Shown here one piece after another: positions 60,799 to 64,000 of a stretch of DNA of 64,000 bases. Below the pieces are notes generated by a model that did not search any database, was not told the origin of the DNA, and worked only from the letters and a program-made list of their open reading frames with translations. Position 1 is the stretch's first letter; every line of letters starts with the position of its first letter. Position numbers and translations under genes: made by a program. Location: positions 14,337 to 78,336 of the forward strand of contig CAZAFB010000006.1 of assembly GCA_964484505.1 (NCBI GenBank). Reading direction: 5' to 3'. The stretch is from an uncultured Bdellovibrionales bacterium (GTDB lineage: Bacteria; Patescibacteriota; Minisyncoccia; Moranbacterales; GWC2-37-73).

Positions 60799-60926
60799 AC
60801 ATAACAAGGCATATCCGGTTCAAAAATTTTGCACTTTATAATAAAATCAAGGAAAGCAAAATTTTCTCTCCCAAATTTTTCTTCCGCTAAGCTACAGAAA
60901 AACTTCGGATATGCCTAACGTTCAGC
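60799..60926. other. attC-like site A2
   Basis: AAC-a-aggcatatccg-GTT ... AAC-TT-cggatatgcct-AAC-GTT (perfect 11-bp stem). Confidence 0.65.
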
Positions 60927-61095
60927 GCCATCGCTCGCTTCGCTCACTCTGGCACTGAACGGGCGCAGCTTGACAGCCTCATTCGTCACTGCCGCATCGC
61001 TCCGCTCGCGACAGCGCCGAACTCGGCTTATGCGAAATAATTGTCACCACGCTAAGGCGTGGCTCCAATTACATCGCATACGCCGCGCCCGTTAT
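60920..61095 (+). repeat. invariant 171-bp unit, copy 2
   Basis: identical to copy 1. Confidence 0.95.
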
Positions 61096-61208
61096 GCGCA
61101 ATCGCAAAAAACCTCTCTTTATTAATTCATTTAATAATTTTGGCGAAATGCGGATGCAGGTCGAGAATAACTCAAATGTAATAGATAATTAATTTAAGTA
61201 AAAAATTT

Positions 61209-61685
61209 ATGAGTGAAAAAATGATGGGGCTAGAACAAGTTGGCCCAAATAAAGAGCACTTGCAAAGAGCCACGGATTTTAAAAATGTAAGAGAAAATGC
61301 ATTAGAAGATAGGCGCGAAGCAAAGATAGAAACCTCAATTGAATTAAAGAAATTTAATCCCTGGCAAAAAGATACTGAACAATGGCAGCAATTTGAAGAT
61401 TTCTGCCACGAAGAACTTCCAAAATATGAAGCCTTTGTTAATGAGAATGCAAAAAAGATAATTGCAGAACTTCTCCATGCTGGCACGCAAGTCACAGAAA
61501 ATCCAGATTATGATGGCTATAAAAGTTTTGACATACTTGATCAGAGTGGTCTTGTGGCTCATTTTGATGGGGGATGGGTTGATGCTGGTGATTGGGATAA
61601 GGGATATGCATTTCATTTATCAGGCTTTACGCCGACTCAACAAACAGCAGCAGTAAAATGGATAGTAAAATTTGAAGAAAAATAA
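61209..61685 (+). CDS. hypothetical protein (module 3 cargo)
   Basis: 158-aa ORF filling module 61091-61749. Confidence 0.65.
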   Translation: MSEKMMGLEQVGPNKEHLQRATDFKNVRENALEDRREAKIETSIELKKFNPWQKDTEQWQQFEDFCHEELPKYEAFVNENAKKIIAELLHAGTQVTENPDYDGYKSFDILDQSGLVAHFDGGWVDAGDWDKGYAFHLSGFTPTQQTAAVKWIVKFEEK

Positions 61686-61742
61686 ATCGCCAAAATTATA
61701 AATGCAGAAATACAATTAAGGAATGAGGCTTTTCGCGACAGC

Positions 61743-62556
61743 GTATAACAGCCCATATCTGGCTACAGGAAATTTCAAAATCTATTTTAATCCTCTTTTA
61801 TTAAAGCAATTTTTCATAAAAATGAATAAGGAACAAATCGTAAATCAAACTGCTGACTATATCAAAACTAAACTCACCGGCGAAGGTTCTGGTCATGACT
61901 GGTGGCATGTTTATCGTGTGTGGAAAAATGCTGTTCACATTGGCAAACATGAAAACGCAGATTTGTTCGTCGTTGAACTTGCTGCGTTATTACACGATAT
62001 TGCTGATTGGAAATTCAACGATGGCAATGACGATGTCGGTCCGCAGTTGGCAAGAGAGTGGCTAGAAAAATTAGAGGTTGATGAGGCGGTGATTTCTCAT
62101 GTTTGCCAAATCATCAAAGACGCTTCGTTCAAGGGAGCGGGCGTCATGACCGAGATGAAAACAATCGAGGGTATGGTTGTTCAAGACGCTGATCGATTAG
62201 ACGCGATTGGTGCTATTGGAATTGCTAGAACCTTCGCCTACGGTGGTGCGAAAGGACGAGAAATGTATAATCCCGAAATTAAACCTGAAAAACACGAATC
62301 TTTTGAGCAGTACAAAAACAATCAAAGTCACACAGTGAATCATTTTTATGAAAAATTGCTACTCTTGAAAGAATTGATGAATACTGAAACTGCGAAAAAA
62401 ATTGCCGAGAAGCGACATAAAGTGATGGAAGAATTTTTAGACGAATTCTTTCAAGAGTGGGAAGGAAAGGATTAAAACAAATTTTGAAAATTTTCCTCCG
62501 CTCAAATTTTCCTTCACTACGTTTCGGAAAACTTCAGATATGTACAAACGTTAGAC
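61743..62556. other. expanded attC-like site A3 enclosing a gene
   Basis: left arm AAC-agcc-catatctg; right arm AAC-TT-cagatatg-tacaAAC-GTT. Confidence 0.55.
61822..62475 (+). CDS. HD-domain hydrolase (YedJ-like)
   Basis: GHDWWHVYRV, LLHDIAD, VQDADRLDAIGAIGIAR, HFYEKLL. Confidence 0.92.
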   Translation: MNKEQIVNQTADYIKTKLTGEGSGHDWWHVYRVWKNAVHIGKHENADLFVVELAALLHDIADWKFNDGNDDVGPQLAREWLEKLEVDEAVISHVCQIIKDASFKGAGVMTEMKTIEGMVVQDADRLDAIGAIGIARTFAYGGAKGREMYNPEIKPEKHESFEQYKNNQSHTVNHFYEKLLLLKELMNTETAKKIAEKRHKVMEEFLDEFFQEWEGKD

Positions 62557-62659
62557 AAAATTTTGCCGATAATTGTTTTGTAAAAAATGTTTGTGCTGGT
62601 AAAAAAGTATTTTGAAATAATAAAATTTGATATATAAAATCGGCAAAACATCGTCTAAC
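62550..62659 (+). promoter_or_regulatory. 110-bp gene-less module, possible promoter cassette
   Basis: GTTAGAC..ttttgccga / tcggcaaaa..GTCTAAC ends; TTGAAA-N17-TAAAAT at 62612-62640. Confidence 0.45.
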
Positions 62660-62797
62660 ACTGTGTACCTGGTTTCATGAAAAGGAATTCAACAAATAAT
62701 CTTTACAATTTCAAATGCCATTTTTTGGGATTTTTTGGGAAAAGAAAACGGCCTTCAGTTTTGGCTGAAGACCGTCGTGTGCAAATTCTCGCACATT

Positions 62798-63055
62798 TTA
62801 TTCCGCGGTATTTTTGTCGGTTTTGCAGAATAAATTTACAAAGAACAGCTTGATTTTACTTGGCGGTGGCGGTGGCGGAAATGTAGTGGTTGCATCATGC
62901 TTTGATCTTCCACAACCCCCACAATACTTCGTGAATTTCCACAGTTCCGTACCACACCAGTTGCATGTTGTCATTGGCACCATTTCGCCACCACAGTTAT
63001 CACAGAATTTTCTATAACCTTGTCTTCCACACTGTGAACACATCTTGTTGGCCAT
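62798..63055 (-). CDS. small double zinc-ribbon protein
   Basis: four CxxC pairs, poly-Pro tail; RBS gggagg upstream. Confidence 0.75.
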   Translation of the reverse strand: MANKMCSQCGRQGYRKFCDNCGGEMVPMTTCNWCGTELWKFTKYCGGCGRSKHDATTTFPPPPPPSKIKLFFVNLFCKTDKNTAE

Positions 63056-63113
63056 AATAATGAACCTCCCTCGTGTTTTTTTGAACAATTTTACACAAAA
63101 TTAACTTCAAGCA

Positions 63114-63142
63114 AGTATAGCAGAAAATAATGATTATGTCAA
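63114..63142 (-). promoter_or_regulatory. sigma70-type promoter for the zinc-ribbon gene
   Basis: TTGACA-N17-TATACT on the minus strand. Confidence 0.7.
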
Positions 63143-63288
63143 CTATTTTTCCCAAAAAATCCCAAAAAATGGCTCAAATTAAGGAAATTATTTGTTAAAT
63201 TCCTTTTCATTTCACCCAAATTTTTGCTTCTTTTCTCTTTATTGATATAATATGGGAAGCGAAGCAAAAACTTCAGATACACAGAAAC

Positions 63289-63464
63289 GTTCAGCGCCAT
63301 CGCTCGCTTCGCTCACTCTGGCACTGAACGGGCGCAGCTTGACAGCCTCATTCGTCACTGCCGCATCGCTCCGCTCGCGACAGCGCCGAACTCGGCTTAT
63401 GCGAAATAATTGTCACCACGCTAAGGCGTGGCTCCAATTACATCGCATACGCCGCGCCCGTTAT
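63289..63464 (+). repeat. invariant 171-bp unit, copy 3
   Basis: identical to copy 1. Confidence 0.95.
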
Positions 63465-63595
63465 ACGAAATTTTGTTCAAAAATATTTTTTTATTTTATA
63501 TTTGAGCCCTTTTGAAATTTTTTTGGAAAAGGAAAACGCGCCAGAGGTCCGAAGACATGACGCGTTGCATGACGAGAAAGCACTGTTCTCGCTTA

Positions 63596-63988
63596 TTAGT
63601 TGGCCGGAAACTCCTCGAAACACAGGGCGACGGTCTGCTCGTGTGCATTATAGAGCGCACGCATATCGAGCCATTGTGTGTCGCGTCCATCATCCGGCTG
63701 AAGGCCAACCGCATTGCCCTCAAAGAACAGCGTACCTTCGCCGAGCGTGATCTTCTGACCCACCTTTGGGGTCTTCGGGAACACGCCGTGGAAGAGGTCG
63801 CCGATATGCCGTGACTGTCTGGTTTCTTTCACGATAGCGATGAGGCGACCGCGCTTGCCAGCCTTCACCTGAACAAGGTGTATCGGCTCCTCGTTTTCGA
63901 GAGAAACGTACAGCATGACACTTCCGTAGCGATCAGATCTGCGCTCGGCTCCGTTCCAATTCAGAATACCTGTTCCTAGTTCCTGCAT
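63596..63988 (-). CDS. hypothetical protein in the last, incomplete module
   Basis: 130-aa ORF with RBS ggagga; higher GC than the host; opposite strand to the array. Confidence 0.7.
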   Translation of the reverse strand: MQELGTGILNWNGAERRSDRYGSVMLYVSLENEEPIHLVQVKAGKRGRLIAIVKETRQSRHIGDLFHGVFPKTPKVGQKITLGEGTLFFEGNAVGLQPDDGRDTQWLDMRALYNAHEQTVALCFEEFPAN

Positions 63989-64000
63989 GTTTATTCCTCC

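Larger units (their letters stand above)
62653..63295. other. expanded attC-like site A4 enclosing an inverted gene
   Basis: AAC-a-ctgtgtacctg-GTT ... AAC-TT-cagatacacag-aAAC-GTT; inner inverted repeat 62677-62743 / 63147-63210. Confidence 0.6.
54684..64000 (+). mobile_element. integron-like cassette array, continuing past the window end
   Basis: GTT...AAC modules at 54684-55324, 55631-60805, 61091-61749, 62550-62659 and 63460 onward, separated by AAC...GTT fold-back sites. Confidence 0.8.

Noticed and set aside
55460-63464. CRISPR array interpretation of the three identical repeats
   Set aside because: The repeats are 171 bp, separated by 2-5 kb of genes, and no cas genes are present.
63252-63515. 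ORFs 63252-63515 and 55217-55498
   Set aside because: They are readings through the non-coding repeat and recombination sites.

Overview
AT-rich bacterial chromosome segment, genetic code 11. The gene set (single-chain GlyRS, short EF-Ts, VirB4/HerA-like ATPase, GT39 pair, tRNAs without encoded CCA) suggests a Patescibacteria/CPR (Parcubacteria-like) genome; this is inference. Housekeeping genes include glyS, rpsB-tsf, rpmE, rpmG, prfA, prmC, holB, ftsQ, mscL and four tRNAs. Three accessory features stand out. (1) From 53.7 kb to the window end there is an atypical integron-like system. An IntI-like tyrosine recombinase lacking the IntI-specific insertion faces an array of GTT...AAC-bounded modules. 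Each complete module has extended terminal inverted repeats with a fixed AA/CA mismatch. An identical 171-bp gene-less unit occurs three times, and two attC-like sites carry whole genes inside their loops. Cargo includes a RadC-methyltransferase/HpaII-like/Vsr/OLD defence module. (2) A three-gene alginate-like polysaccharide operon encodes a nucleotide-sugar dehydrogenase, a GT2 synthase fused to an AlgG-like DPHD beta-helix, and a PL7 lyase. (3) Small structured elements recur: tRNA-3'-linked mini-elements with covarying stems, a free-standing PD-(D/E)XK endonuclease between tRNAs, a candidate ~285-nt ncRNA, and repeats that have entered coding sequences in frame. All calls are from reading motifs by eye; no database searches were run.
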